Assembly: GCA_965153285.1 (NCBI GenBank)
Contig: OZ229110.1
DNA length: 64,000 nt
Strand: one strand, 5' to 3'
DNA from: Podarcis tiliguerta
Taxonomy: Eukaryota
In this document: piece after piece, positions 23,416-62,200 of the stretch
Layout of the letters: each line of letters begins with the position of its first letter
How positions within the stretch are numbered: position 1 is the stretch's first letter
Notes under the pieces: model-generated
The model's input: the letters and a program-made list of their open reading frames with translations, nothing else
Database searches by the model: none
What the model was told of the DNA's origin: nothing
Program-made: the position numbers and the translations under genes

Positions 23416-24790
23416 AGGGCCACTGTTCTTGGCTTTCTCCTTCAGTTGCTGTTTTAACTTCTTGTGGTGCCTTCTTGGAGTTAGAAGCAGTAAGGCAATG
23501 AACTCATGTCTGATGCTGCAAAGATAAAGCTGAAACTGATCAGAACGAGGGATTGGCTCCTTTCCCCCTCTGTGTCTGTTACTCTCTCCAGCGCTAGGTC
23601 CATGGATAGTTCTGTCTAAAGATCTAGGGGCAGAATTCCCAGTGTCTTGGCCAGGGCCACCATCACTTGCCCACGCAACCCAAGACTGCCTGGAGCTGAA
23701 TAGCTTTACAGTAGGAACCATTTAGGTCCTTCTGAAAGCGGCCTCCATAGAGCCACCAAACAGAAAAGCAGCTACCTGGGCTGGGTAGGAGATGGAGAGG
23801 CGTTTCTTATTATTTTTCTGTGCCCTGCTCTTCCTTTCTACCCTGTCTCCATGACTCCAGGTCCCCTCTTGTTTTTCCATGTCCTTGTAGTCAAGGGATC
23901 CAAGTAAACCGGACCCATTTGAGAAGCACTTTCTCTCTGTGCTCTCCGTTTTGCAGAAGTGAGAAGGGTCTCCATCCCATCTGCCTGCCAGCCAAAACTC
24001 CTTTGAGATAGAGAACCTGTTGTTGTCAGCATGACTCCAAGCTCCCACCACGGCCCAATAAGGATGATGGGAGTTGTAGTCTGCCAACATCTGGAGGGGG
24101 GGCATGGGGTTCATTACCCTAACCCTTTTTGAATCCTTCTCCCCCGCAGGCAAAACTAGAAACGGAATCCAGGGATCTGAAAACACTTTTTCGAGTTTAT
24201 GAAAATTAAAACGGGACACCTCAAAATCAGAACTTACAAAAACACACACACAGCCATTCTGCAGGCATCTCCCTCTGTGGTTGTATACAAAGTGCTGGCA
24301 AATGTTCACGCATGCCCCCCACCTCCACACTCCATCCATCTTTGCAAGGGAAGACATTTTGCTGGGGAGAACAGTGGGGCAAGGCAGCCCTGGTCCCTGC
24401 CTCCCCTCACCCACCACCCTTTCGCAATTCCCTGATAATACACCTGGATCACCAAGCAACAGCTTTCCCAGGAACGCTGGCAGTAGCTTGGAGAATATAC
24501 TCTGAAGTTGCTCTAGCACTACGGGCAGGTCCTGCTCATGAAGAACTGCATGCTGGGAACCATACGCAGCCTGTAGTCTTCCTCCAGTTTGGTCTCCATG
24601 GCTTCACTGCTAACTTGGTGGATCATCTGTGTGCTTTGGGTGCCTGAGCATTTCCCCCTTTATGCCATACAGAGGAGGTTCAGAAATCTAACAGCAGAGG
24701 TGGCAGCTGCTGCCTTTTTGGCTTCGAAGCCACATCCTTGCAGGATTTGCTGTTGTCACTGTCAGCTGCTGAGTAGTTCTCGTTGCTTGG

Positions 24791-49199
<24,409 letters not shown>

Positions 49200-49257
49200 C
49201 CTGTCGGCTGGGGAGCTGCAGAAACACAGATGAAAGAAACAAGGAAATTAGAACATA

Positions 49258-49460
49258 TGCTTTATTTATATCCCACCTTTCCTTCAAGGAGCTCAGGGTG
49301 GCATACATAATTCTCCTCCTCCTCCACAACGAGCCTGTGAGATAGGTTAGGCTAAGAATGAGTGACTGGTCTAAGGTCCCCCAGTGGGCTTCATGGCTAA
49401 GTGGGGATTCAAACCATGGTCTCACAGGTCCTAGTCCAACACACTGCTTTGCCACACTGG
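49258..49460 (-). mobile_element. tRNA-derived (MIR/CORE-like) SINE
   Basis: Reverse complement homologous to 15922-16090 (ggtttgaatcccc B-box, agcctaacctatctcacagg core). Confidence 0.6.
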
Positions 49461-50999
49461 CATTATATTTCAACGCCGTCTGCAAATATGTTATATATAA
49501 TATATGCAAACCCACAGGCATATGATGTTCTCACGGGCTTAAATTCAAGTGCAGAAGTAAACATACCACATGGTGCTACACACACACACACACACACACT
49601 ATGCAGGCATGAGAGCAGTCACCAATCTTGGACAATTTTTTTAATCCTTCTTGCTCAATATGCCACCCCACCAAAAGAGGCAGGGTGAGACACTTTGTAG
49701 GGAAATGCAAAAGAAACCACACAGTATCTGGGGCAGAGATCTCACCTTGTTGTTCACCCCACCTCCTAGTTTAAGGAATTGCTTAGCACAAGGCATCAAG
49801 AACTGTCATACTTAAAATCAGAGTGACAGCTGAGCAGTGAGGAGCTGAATCTTGGTAACATTTTTCTTTTCCGAATAGTGAATAGATTTTGCTCATATTT
49901 AGGGCCTATCTGTTTACTCATGTTTAGGTTAGGTAGGAATTTTTTCACAATTTTAGATTTTCTAGTAGCCATGGGGAAGGTTGTCCCCCACTCCTTTTCC
50001 TTATGACTTGCTTTCCTAAGTGTTCTGCAGCAATTTTTGTGCAGACACTTTCTGTGATGCAGATATTCTGTGCTTGTGGCACACTGCTCTGGAATATTTG
50101 GGATGACCTGCCATCAGCTGGCAAGTAGATAGCCTTCCTTTATGGGAAGGGTTTACATATGTCAAGGGCATATGTCAAGGGCTGCTTTGGGGAAAGAGGG
50201 ATCTATTTCAGGCAGTAGTATTTCCCTCTCCTGCAATCCCAACGCCCCCTTCCCCTTGTCACCCACATGAAACTGGGGGGCAGGGTCACGTGTGGCACTA
50301 GTGCTGTGGGTTGCCACAGAGACATTTGGTCCCTCACAAATCTATTCTAGGATGGCAGTTTCGTACATGTTGATAAGACTCTTCTAATGAAATTGATCCT
50401 TTGAAAACAGAACAGAACCTCTAAGCCTGCTTTGTGTGTACAATAGCGTGATCCCAGATCATTGAGTTTCACAGGTCAACTATGGTAGCAAGTATGCACA
50501 TTAACCGGGGAATTAACCCCGTTGAGCCCAGTGGGGCTTACTTCTGAGAACACGTGCAGTGTGTGACTCCTTGCTGCCACTCTCCATAACCTTTTGCACC
50601 TTACTGCTTTCTCCTGGGTTTGAGTTCCATTAATGTTTAACCTCCTCTGAACCCAACCCATATGATTTGGTAGCTGAGACTTCGATAAAATAAACAAATT
50701 AAACATATTTGCAACGATTTGCTGGCTGGCATAATTTACAGTGCTGGTGCTACTAGAATGGATGCAATGCGCTGAAGTTTTTGCTCAGCTATCTTCCCTC
50801 TGCCCCACAGCTTTTACTACACAAATAAACCCTGAGCTACTTTCCCAAATGCTAGAAACTTGTCTTCTTTTTTTAAGGGCCACTGATATAGCCTTTTCCT
50901 CCATGAATATCCTCAGCGGATATTTCTGATGCCTTCCTCCACACCTCTCCGTGGGTTTTAATTCGTTCTTTCTGATGCACGATATCAAAATAGCACATC

Positions 51000-51920
51000 A
51001 TCACCGTGTTGTTATGACTACACTCCGCGCCCTCGAGTGGCGCTTTGGATTCCTGCCCTCCCCGGGTCCAGCTGCTGTGTGTTCCCACTTTCCAAGCGGT
51101 GAACTTTCCCAGGCAGAAGCCGCCAGCTTCCTGATTCAAGGGCACCCCGGGGAGCACAGCGAGCAGACGACGGTGCTGAGCACCCACCCTCGCTGCCTAC
51201 GCCTGTTACCCCACAGGCCTGGCTGCTTGGCAGTGGGCTCGGGCATAGAAGGAAGAGGAGGAGGTGGTGGAGATCAAGCCATGGGGCTGTGTTACCCCCG
51301 CCCCCTGCCGCCTCTCTGTGCTGCCAGCCGGCGAGGACGCAGCAAAGGGGCCGCCGCCGCCGCCCGCTTCCCCTCCATCCCACCCGCCTGCCCCCTTCTC
51401 CCACCAACGTCTACTTGCCTGCTCGGGTCTCGTCAGTCCAGCCCACCCACTCTCCCCACCGCCCGGTTGGCTCGGCCAATGTGCAGCGGCGCGTCCGCAG
51501 CCGAGCTTCGGGAGCCGCGGCAGGCCCGATCGGCGCCCCCGGGGTCCTAGCGCCGCCTTTTCCCAACACTGTTAGGCAGATTCCGCCTGGGTCCTAGCGC
51601 CCGCGGGTTCCAACCCAAGCGCTCAAGCTCCGGGCCGCTGCTCTTATTTAGGTATTTCCCGCCGAGCAAGAGCGCACGACGCGGGTTGCGAAGGTGGGAC
51701 GATCGAGGGCAGGGGCTGCTCTCAAATTTATCATGGGCCAGCGCTTCACCCCGATCCCGCTCCTCCGCGTTTGTACCTCCGCAGTCTAAAACAAGGATAC
51801 CGAACTGGAATGAGTCAGCACAATCCTAAGCATGTGTGTACACATCGCAAACCAGCCGGCGTCGGAGTGTGGCTTTGAATCCGGGTTCAGTTTGCTAACG
51901 CTGCTGTGAAAGGTGCGGCG
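51000..51920 (-). promoter_or_regulatory. CpG island, probable ABCB6 promoter
   Basis: CpG-rich block about 2 kb upstream of the ABCB6 ATG exon, which has its own splice acceptor at 49214; GC boxes and CCAAT (51476-51480). Confidence 0.7.
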
Positions 51921-53814
51921 GCGGCAAAGGAAAAAAAAAAAAAAAGCCTCGGGGGAAAGTGTGCGAACTTGAGCCTTTCACTTTTTCTCTGCCTCACAAG
52001 GTTGTTGTGAGGATATAAGGCAGAGCTGCTTAGAGAAGGACGGGGGCACCGCTGTGACTATAACTGTCGCGTTCCATTCAAACCTTAATTGAGCCAAGGC
52101 TCATAAAGTCTCTGCTCTGAAATATCTAAGACGTGAAAGGAACAGAGTGCACGTGAGAGCCTTAGGAGTGCCTTTTGCCGCTGTCACTACCCAGTATGTG
52201 TCCATCATTATGAATTTCATATTGGACAAGTTAACTACCTGAGTTTTATGAAACCAGTAATTTTAAGCTGTCAGCTGCAGAGTGGTGCCCTGGCACCAGT
52301 ATACAGTAGGATATAAATGTTGTAATAAATAAGCAAACCCAATTGTGTCAGTAACTTTCACTGAAATAATTAGTTAAATTATTATTATTATTATTATTAT
52401 TATTTAAATTTGAATAGATATTCATAGTATTGGATTATACCTCTTTTTAGATCCTGATGCAACCCTGATACAAGGATTTCCTAGGACTATTTTTAAGCAG
52501 TAAAAATGACTAGTTTGTTTTGTTTTAATTTGCTAGTTATGTATTAAAATCAGCTTGTCTTACAGATCCGTTGTATGCAGATATTATGGGCTTTTTATTT
52601 AACAAAGTTTATATACTGCTTGGAGTGAAAACTCTCAGCAATTTACAATAAATATTAAAACTATAAATAAAGACAGTTTAATTAAGATTATCAATAGAAA
52701 GGAGCATCCGAGAACCAGAAGTCAGAGCTTTAAATCTTAGTAATGACACAAAGTATATGTTGTCCCACGCACAGCTCTTTCCTTATATTGGCAGGCCTTC
52801 CTGTGGCTTGCCTCAGAAAAGGCAGTCTAATCCTTCAGATTAAGGATGGAGATAGGGATAAAGGAAGTTGTCTAGGTCAAGAGCATCACCACAGGTCATG
52901 GCCACAATTCTTAAACATTTAGCATAGATGCCCTCTGATCCTCCCTGTCCCCACGTCCTGACTTTTAAAAAAAATAAAATGAAAATACATTTTAAAATTG
53001 CATTCACACACAAAATCAGTATTGCTACATATGAGTTCTTAGCAGTATTTGGCTATAGAATTATAAACCCAAAAGTACCAGAATGCATTTAGCATGCCCC
53101 TTTAAATGTACCCAAACTGGTGCTATGTTCCCTATTAAAAAAAAACAAAACCAGCTCCTAAGTACATGGTAAATGCCAAATATATTTTTGCTCCTAGACG
53201 TGACACACTCATTTCTCAGCATTCAGTGGGGCCAGAAAATATGTGCCTCTTTGGATATTATAGCAGTCTAGGGCTTTTTTTCTGAGGGAACTTGTTGGAA
53301 CGCAGTTCTGGCACCTCTCAGGTGGGCGCCATTACCATTCTAAGAGAACACGAGTGTTCATGATGAGCTGCAATATCTCTTTTGAAAAATAGTGCATGTA
53401 TTGATATGTACAAAAATGCAGTAGATAGTAATTACCCCGGTAGCGCCACAAGCATTGTGATGATGGCCAACAATCCCATGGTCCACCTGGATTCATCTTG
53501 TAGGTGGCAGGCTGTTATCCTACCAGACACAATGAAAGACAATTCCACAGGCATGGCCACAGCGATCAAAGAATGGAACACCCCTCTTTATTCAGTAGAT
53601 ACAGCACTGTACAGGATGTCAGACATAAGCTCTGTTTTACAAACCACTTGCAGTGCTCCACATAACTCACAGGCCAGCCTCTAGTGTCACAAACGAAACA
53701 GGAGGCCACAGGTGGCTGTACCATGCACAAAAAGATGGGGGCAAAATCAAGACAAGCATAATACATGACAGCTAGAATTCCCACCCACCCCATGTTTTAG
53801 CCGAGAACGCTCCC

Positions 53815-53820
53815 TTTATT
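53815..53820 (-). promoter_or_regulatory. Candidate ATG9A polyadenylation signal (second candidate at 53587-53592)
   Basis: TTTATT on + (AATAAA on -) about 2.5 kb downstream of the ATG9A stop and upstream of the ABCB6 CpG island. Confidence 0.45.
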
Positions 53821-56283
53821 CACTGCTAGACCAGGGGTACAGTCACATTTCCACTAGGATGCAGCAGGCTCATCTCTGCCAATGGGGCTGCTCTGCAGCT
53901 GATCGCTGTAGTGCAGGGACTGTGGCCCTGTAGTTTTCCAGATGCTGTTGGACTCCAAATCCCATCAGCTCCAGCCACCATGCTCCATGGTCAGGGATGA
54001 TAGGAGCTGTAATATAGTAAAGTTTCACAAACTACAGGTTCCCCATCCCAACAGTACATAACCAGCACTGATCAAAGTTGCAATCTATGAAGCTATTCTT
54101 TCTACACTCCAGGGGATATGTATTTTGCAGGAAAGACAGCAAATTAATATTTTACCATCAGTTGTTTTGAATTCCTTAAAATGCACCAGTAATCTGAAGA
54201 ACAGGGGGAAATCCCAGCACCAGCCATACATCTAAACTACTGACAGCTTGAAGCTGCTGCTCACCAACTTCCCTTTTAGCATGTACCCCACAACACCAAT
54301 GACCACCCTTTTGTTAAACTAGGTTAGGGAGTGGGGAAGTACAGTATCCTTTTTGGGCATAATCTCCTTTCTAGAGCACGTGAACTACCAGCTGTAATCA
54401 ATTCATTGCTGAGTGCAAATAATCTCTTCAATTCTGAAAGAGGGCAAAGAAGAAAAGAAATCCCAAGAGTCCTGGCTCCCAAGACCTACAATGTCAGTTC
54501 CAAGGCCATATAGGGATCTCCATGTAACCCGGCCTGTGCCCACAGAGAGGAAGGGTGCATATTTTATCTGTGACAGTAATGGCAAGCTGCTTTTCATATG
54601 TACAACAGGAGCTTTGACAAACAGCTACTGGAGGTTGCAGTAGCCACTGTAAAAAAAAACAAAAAACTGGCCCCACAGAGAAGACAAAGGAGTCAAAACC
54701 ACAGGGCTAACCAAGACATATTGGGACCTGTAGCTCTGATGACAGCACTAGCATTACCCTAAGCAATGATTGGCTGGATTGTACCACACCCTCTGGGGAT
54801 GCAATGTTTTCACTGGGCAGTCCGGAAAGTATTCTTTCTGATGTTTGCTATGCAAACCATAAAAGTATTTTGCTGTTGTGCTAAGACCACATAGCCCATA
54901 AGAATTAGAGGACGACAGTGGAGCCGATGGCATGGTGTTCTTTAGTAATAAAGTGGGGGAACCAGTAGAACCAGCAGAACTTCTGTAGATTGTTCAAGAG
55001 AACGCCTTGTCTAGCCAGGCGAGAGGTTCAGCCCTTTCAACAAGAACCTGAAGCCCACCCCAGTTCTCAAGATTGTGACAGGTAATATATTTGGCATATA
55101 GGAACTCTTCTCTTGCTGGCACTTCCACAAGATCTGGATGTTTGCCATTAAGGCATCCATAGAAAAGAGACATCACAAGGAGGGCAGCACTAGCTTGGAG
55201 AAGAACCCAAACATGTGTGCCCACAGGAAGTATATGGGGAATCTGGGAAATATTTAAATAGAGCAATGGGGGCGGGGGCAGACAAGTGTCGCCTTCCTCC
55301 ACCCATCCCTCATACCCACAAGTACAGCACCTGGGGCAGAGCCTCATACTTGATTCTAGCAGGATGAACAAGGTGAGAGCAAGGGGCATCTTCAGAATGG
55401 AGCCATCGGTCTGGAGCTGGGTGCCATTTGGTATGTTTGAAGGAGACTTTGGTCGTTTCAGATATTGCCTCAAGCAAAACCTGGTACGGGCTGTGAAGCA
55501 ATACCCTGCGAAGCCTGTGCTTTGATACTGCCAGAGGGATGTGAAATAAACATGGCCCCAAACAGTAGAATCATTTGTGCCCACAGGAAGACAAAATCCT
55601 GCGGCATGAGTGGTGATGGCACTGCAAGAGTGCTTCTTTTGGCTTGGCTTCAAAGTTTGTGAATGAATGGTAAAGCAGGGAGGAAGATACGCACCCTTCT
55701 TGTGTGTGAAAAGCTTCTACCCAAGTCAGGCTCTGCCACTGGAGGAAGCCTGTGCCCCATTCCCATTACAAAAATAATCTCTTGCAGCCCTTCTTTTCCT
55801 GAGTCCAAATCTATCGCCTGATTGCATCTTTAATTACACGCTGTAGTCTGGACAGTGTTACAGCTCTTCCTGCCTCTGAACGGGGGTCCACACAGCAGGT
55901 CCTCCTCCTGCTACAGGATATTTCAGGCAGGGCAAGCATGGAAGCCAGTCTCCTGCACTGTAGTGCGCTCCGTGGCATACTGTGCAAGTCTCGGATGGTT
56001 CTCCAACATGGACGACACGGATGCAGACACGGACAAATATATGTAATCACACACACATCCAGCCCATGCCCAGCTAGCGTGCCACCGGCATGAGGCATGT
56101 CTGGATAGAGTTCCGGCCACGATGAAGGCACTGCTGTCTTCACACCTTCCTCACACTGGCACTGACGTCCAGGACATGGAGACTTGAGCCAACCCATACT
56201 TTGTAGGGCAGGGTAACCCAAAGTCCCACCAGCTGAGGCGGGCCCACAATGTGGAGCCCACACAGGATCTTCAGCCTTCACAG

Positions 56284-59200
56284 CTACACCTGGAAGGGAT
56301 TGGGAAGGCAAAGGAAGTTATTTGGGAAGGGGGACAGTGAGGAGAAAGACTGGGTCAAAGCAAAGCTCTGAATACTCCAGATTTTGTGCCAAACAAAGAT
56401 CCCATCTCCTGAAACTTTCAGTATTTCTTTTCAAGCAAGTTATAGGCTTTTTAGCAATATCAGCTGACTACATGCAAAGGAGAATAATGATCCTCCACCT
56501 CTAAAACCCATATGGAAGAGAACATTTTGACAGCTACAGCTGATGGAGGGGAAGAAATGCTGCATATACTGAAATTCCCCTTTCCAAGGCAGAAAATGCC
56601 CCCAGCCTTCTTTTGTGTGTGGCTAGCACACTGAAGCTAGAGATCTTTCACAGAATGCCTGCCATTGCTCTCTGTCCCTCCATAGCTTACTCCAGGCTTC
56701 CTCAACCTCGGCCCTCCATGTTTTGAGACTACAGTTTCCATCATCCCTGACCACTGGTCCTGCTAGCTAGGGATCATGGGAGTTGTAGGCCAAAAATATC
56801 TGGAGGGCCGAGGTTGAGGAAGCCTGGCTTACTCTCTCAACTTCTCATATTACTCTCTTCCCTCTTACCCTGAGATGACACTTTGGGGGGGGGGGGAGTC
56901 TACCAAACATGGCTTTCTTTCTTTAATTTATAAATTTAAATTTCTCCCCTCAACCAAGGAACACGGGGCAGTTTACAGAATAGCCTGGCCTGATTTATTT
57001 GGTCTGCCTTGTGTATGAGTTCCTGAAAGCCCAACTAGTTCGTATCAGTAAAGCCTTCCCAAACACAAAATCAAATTATTTTTGTACTAACTAGCCTCTG
57101 GCCAGGTAGCTCCTGGTGATGATAGTGCAGTAATACATATAGCTGCATTAAGAGACTGCGGATTCCTCTGGTTTCATGACACAGCCATTGACAATGCCCA
57201 AGTATCAACCAGGCTGTACCTTGTGTATCTGAGGTGGCAACTCATCTTCCAAACTCTCCTCTGGCACAGGCTCTGGGTGCCGAGCAGTCTGGCCATCTTC
57301 AGCCCACCCCCCAAGTGGCAGCCGAGCGAAGTGTGATGGGGCTCTGTGCACCATGCCAGGGTCTGTGGGAAAACAAAGAGGAAAAGAAAACCACCGGATG
57401 GGGCAGCCAAAGTTAAATGAGGTCAGCTTGCTGCAAAATCTGTTTGGGGCTTCCAGTCTGCTCTGTTCCCCATTACCAGCCACCCAACACAGATACAGTA
57501 GCTGGGTAGCAGTGGCGTAAGTGGAAATATAATATATTGCAAGTACTCTTGGTCTTTTTGCTCCCACCTGGTTCTCTAACCAAGTCCATTAAGCAACACC
57601 CTACCCTGCCAGCTTTGGCCATGCCCCTTGTTGAAAGAAATAAGTATATTGATAGCTTTGTGACCAGAACAATTAAGAGTCTTGTGGCACATTTAAGACT
57701 AATAAATTTATTATGAACCATAGTCTACTCCATCTGATGAGGTATGAATATGTCATAAATTAGTCTTTAAGGTGCCTCATGCTTTCATGGACTGACATGG
57801 TTACCCTTCTGGAAATTCATAACCAAAGAAAATTGAGCCTTCTGGAAAACTAAAGAAAATGAGAGCCCAAATCACAGAGGAAATGGTGCCTTCTGAAATG
57901 GCAGCAATGAAAGCAAAATGGATTTTTGAACTTCCCAAACTCATAATGCCACTCTTGTAGCACTGCTAGCCAGTGCTCCAAACCTGCTGATCAGCAAGGA
58001 GTGAAGGTTTGAGAGTGTAGGCAGCACAGGCAAAGGCTTGCCTCTTACATCTGATGCACTGGCCATGTCATCAAAAGGGTTCACCAAAACTGCCAAGCAG
58101 CATGTCAGACTGATATCTAATCTTTTTCTCTAGTTGCCCTGTAGTTAACAAGAAATGCCAGCATGTGTATGTGCAGGGTTTGGCAGGAAATAAAGCCTTT
58201 TCTGGCTAAGGAATATGGAAGCACTGTGAGTTTGGTGTTCCTGAAACATACCTGAGACACCTCCATATCGACGCTGGAAGCCGGCTTGCAGAGCAGCTGT
58301 CTCATCACCAGCCTGGCGAGGCGAGGCAAAAGGATAGCTGGCTGAGCGGGGAATGGCACTGCTTGGGGTGCCCTGATGAGCATCGGGCTCCTCCTGGGCG
58401 CTTTCACCACTCTCATCACTCTCTCGCCGGTGCCACAAGTGCCGCTCAGGCTCCAACTGGGCATGCTGCTTGTGTAACTGAGAATGGCAAGGGGGTATTA
58501 ATGGGCAGCCAACTAGAACACTATGGTGATATTGACGTGTGTCCCAAGCAAGCCCAGTTTGGGACTTGATACAATCCAAGTATCACAGGCCTCCACATAA
58601 ATATCCCATTTACAGCCTTAATTTCACATGCTTCTACACAGGTCAATGAAAGTCATCACCTGCATCCATGCAAGTCTCACTCACATCCTGCAAGCCTCTC
58701 TATTCATCTTCAGTTGTGCATAAATTGTCATAAATGGCCCAGTGAAGGGGGCCTTTGCTCCCAGCCTGATTTCTGTATAATGAAGGGCCTATCTCTTAGG
58801 TTAGGAACTATATCACAGTACAGAGGCTTATTCAATCCTCCTTTGCTGTGCTCATTCAGGTACAGATGTCTCAAGATGCAGGTCTACACAGAACCTTCAG
58901 GGCCCATTGCAAAGGCCTGCATGATTCTTGATGCTCAGCTCACCTCATGCATGTAGAGTGCATGCAGACTCATCTCAGTAGAGGCATATTCTGAAAGGAT
59001 CAGGCTCTGAAGCTGGCCTTCCCAGGCACTACTGCCAGAACTAGCTGTCCTGGCATCAACCCTGCAAGCCAGAAGGGAGAGAAGAGTCAAGTCACGATGT
59101 GTTAGAAAGAGTAATTTGGAGTCCAGAAGGCACCTTCTTGCCACTCCACACCCCAATAGTATGATTGCAGCAGCTTTCCCCCCTCCGAGTCTGAGCCTAG

Positions 59201-62200
59201 AAAGGGTGACATCAACCATACCACAGCTGTAGCCTGCTAACTAAAAGGATTGCAAAGTGTGTGTTTAGAACACCTCAATCTTTTGGGAAGCCTTGCAGAA
59301 CTGGATAGCTTTTCGCTATCCCTCATAACCTCAGCTCCAAACACAAGGAAACCCTAAGCCAAGGGTGGGGAGCTTGTGACCAGTCTTTGCCACTGGCCAT
59401 GCTAGTTGGCACTGATGGGAACTGGGAGTCCAATAGGAAGGAGGTAATAAAAGGCATGAAAAGCTCTTGCTGCTGCTTCAAAGGCACATCTAGAAGGCTG
59501 CCTCCTGCTCTAACACGCAGTAATGTATACCCGTGCTGGGAAAAGCCTCATGAAATAGTCCTCAGAGCATTCTGGGTAAAGTGCTGGTGAGGTGCTCAAT
59601 TCTTGGCTTTTTCCTCTAGCCCCTTGCAACATGCAGCTTCTTACCCTGAGCCTGCCATTGTGCCAGGACCCCGATGTTGGGAACCTTCTGTGTGGGAACT
59701 CCTGTGGGCCGCCTGCATTGACTGAAGAGGAGAGAAAGAACGCAGGGCAGATGCCACCTCAGACACAGCCGAGAGATGCCGCGAGGCCTGCCCATCACGG
59801 ACTGCCTGGTAGCCCAGGACTGAGGAGCCTGCAATCACATTGGCAATCAGGCTGTGTGGCTGCAGGGAGAGAACAGAGGAGGGAGGTGTGACCCAGGCAG
59901 GAAGATCCAAAGCCTGCCCCATCTATCTACATTCAACGCTTCACCACCACAACTGAACTTTGCAAACCACCCTGTGATTCTTGGATGAAGGGCGGTTTTA
60001 TTTTAATAAAAATAAATAACTTCACCTTTGCCTTTGCAAGGGGGATCCTGAATTCTTTCCAAATTTTGGAAAGTAGCCCACCCATCTCCAGCCCCCAGCA
60101 GTTCAAATGCTTTCTAAATAGTGACACTTGGAAGAGAAGATGCTACAGGTGTTGGGGGCCTTTCTTATAGGAAAGACAAGTGATTCAGTGAGAAGAGGAT
60201 TGTTAATCACATTAAGAGATCCTAAACACAAAAGGACCTTAGGTTTTTGATTGCAGTTGGATAAGTGAAATTGAAACAATGTAACCACAAGACACCAAGG
60301 ACTTTCTGGGGGTGGATGGGAGGGATGTTGCTTATTTATGTCTGACTTCATTTACATTTGAGTGTTATTTGTGCATCTTATTGAATAATATTGATTCCAA
60401 TATCAATTCATATCAACAGGAATCTCATTGATTCATCACAATTCCATTTTGCAACCTTTGAGACTTCCGTAAGCTTAAAACTTTCACAATAAAAATATAC
60501 AGAAAGAAAAGCAATAAGATAACCTAGGGAAAGGAACTGGGAAATAAAGGAGTAGGGAGAGAGGATGGGTAACGTGGAGACTCTGAAGGTACCAACTTTT
60601 AGGGGAGTATGACTAACTTTTGCTGAAGAGATAACAGGAGACAGAAGTAGCATGCTTGCAAGAGAAAGGTAGTCTAATTAGGTCACAATGAGACAGTGGC
60701 AGCCATACTACCATGGCACTCAAATGACTCCACACTGAGCCCAGAAGCCCACATAGAAACATTATCCCCATCCCACCAAAAAGAAACAGTTCACTCCAAA
60801 TCTCTCCCCACAATAAACCAGGATTATGTCCTGTTCTACCACACACTAGTTCCCAGTACCTCTGATTCTGACTGCAAGGACTGAATGGAGGTGAAGAGGG
60901 CATTGTCAGGCAGGACAGCCTGCTGGGCCAGAGCCAGGCTGCTGTCGCGGTGCACACGTTCCTTAAGCAAGCCGATGAAAGCCGTGCTCTCCCGAGGAGG
61001 TTGCCAGTGTGGGTTGGTGATAGCAAAGTGCATGAGGGACAGCTCCGTCTTCCCATCCTCGGCTTGTTGGTAAACAGAAGCCTCCGTCTTCCCGGCTGAC
61101 ATCCACTGCAAAACAAGAGAGGGACAGGGTGTTTTGTGCACACCATGCAGCTGCCTCAATGGGACTAGGAGCAGCCAGCAGACACAAGGGCACTGCAGAC
61201 CTGACCTGCGAGCAGCACCACAGCTGCATACTGGGGCAGGACAGGGGCACTGCAGGGTGTTTGTGACCCAGGACGAGACAAGGCATGTCGGGGCCATGAT
61301 GCTGCCCCTCACTGGGACCTACCGCAGGGTGTCCATGCCACCGCACATCCATCTGGGCAAAGGAGCAGGTATCTCCCACGCCCACCACCTCCACAGTGAA
61401 GTTGCGGAAGAAATCAATTATCTCCAGAGCTTTGGGCCTCAGACAGAAGATGAGGATCAAGGGAGTCACAATGGGGCTGAGCAGCTCTTCCAGGATGAAC
61501 ACCTTAAGTAAAGGAGACAAAGGCATTAAGTTCAACAACTGCACGGGTGTGTATCACTTGTGAAACCACAGCACAGCCTCAAGACATGATTGCAGGCACT
61601 GGGGAGAATAACTGGGGGAAATACCAGGGATTCTTTCCTCCCACATGCCCTGGGGCCAGAAAACCTCCCCCATTTTGGGGGGAACTCTACGGACAATACA
61701 TGCTTGGATCTAGTCAGGGTTTATGCAAAGGGCAGCTCTTATATGATTTCCTCCCACCCTACCCTGCCCCACCTCACCGCCTTGTACTGGAAGAGCTGGG
61801 AGAACTCATCTCGGGTTTCATAGCGGTGGGCGTTGCCCTGCCAGTGGTCAGGCATGTAGTGGATGTGCGCCAGAATCACCCGAAGCAACTGCTCTGGGCA
61901 GAAGACCAGGTGCTGGTCTGGGATGAAGGATCTGCAAGACAGATGGGACAGGTGTCAAGGAGAGCTACATTCCTTCATAAAAGCAAGCAGACAGGCACTT
62001 TATGTTCTAGGGGTCCCCAGCCCCATGGTTCCCTCTTCATGGAAAGATGAACACAGAGGAGTGTAGTGAGATAAACAATTCATCTCCCAGTAACTTCCTC
62101 AGTGGGAGACCCAGCAGAAAAACTTTTGTAGCTTAATGCAATGTTTGGTCAGCAGAATGCCTTTAATTATCCACCTGCCAATTCTCTGATTGGGTGCTCC

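Noticed and set aside
23722-24519. 265-aa minus-strand ORF
   Set aside because: Lies in the probable ABCB6 3' UTR, crosses a MITE remnant, and shows no recognisable domain or splice structure.
50951-51597. Overlapping 100-200-aa ORFs
   Set aside because: GC-rich CpG-island artefacts at the ABCB6 promoter.
54994-55653. 219-aa minus-strand ORF
   Set aside because: Within the probable ATG9A 3' UTR; no recognisable motifs.
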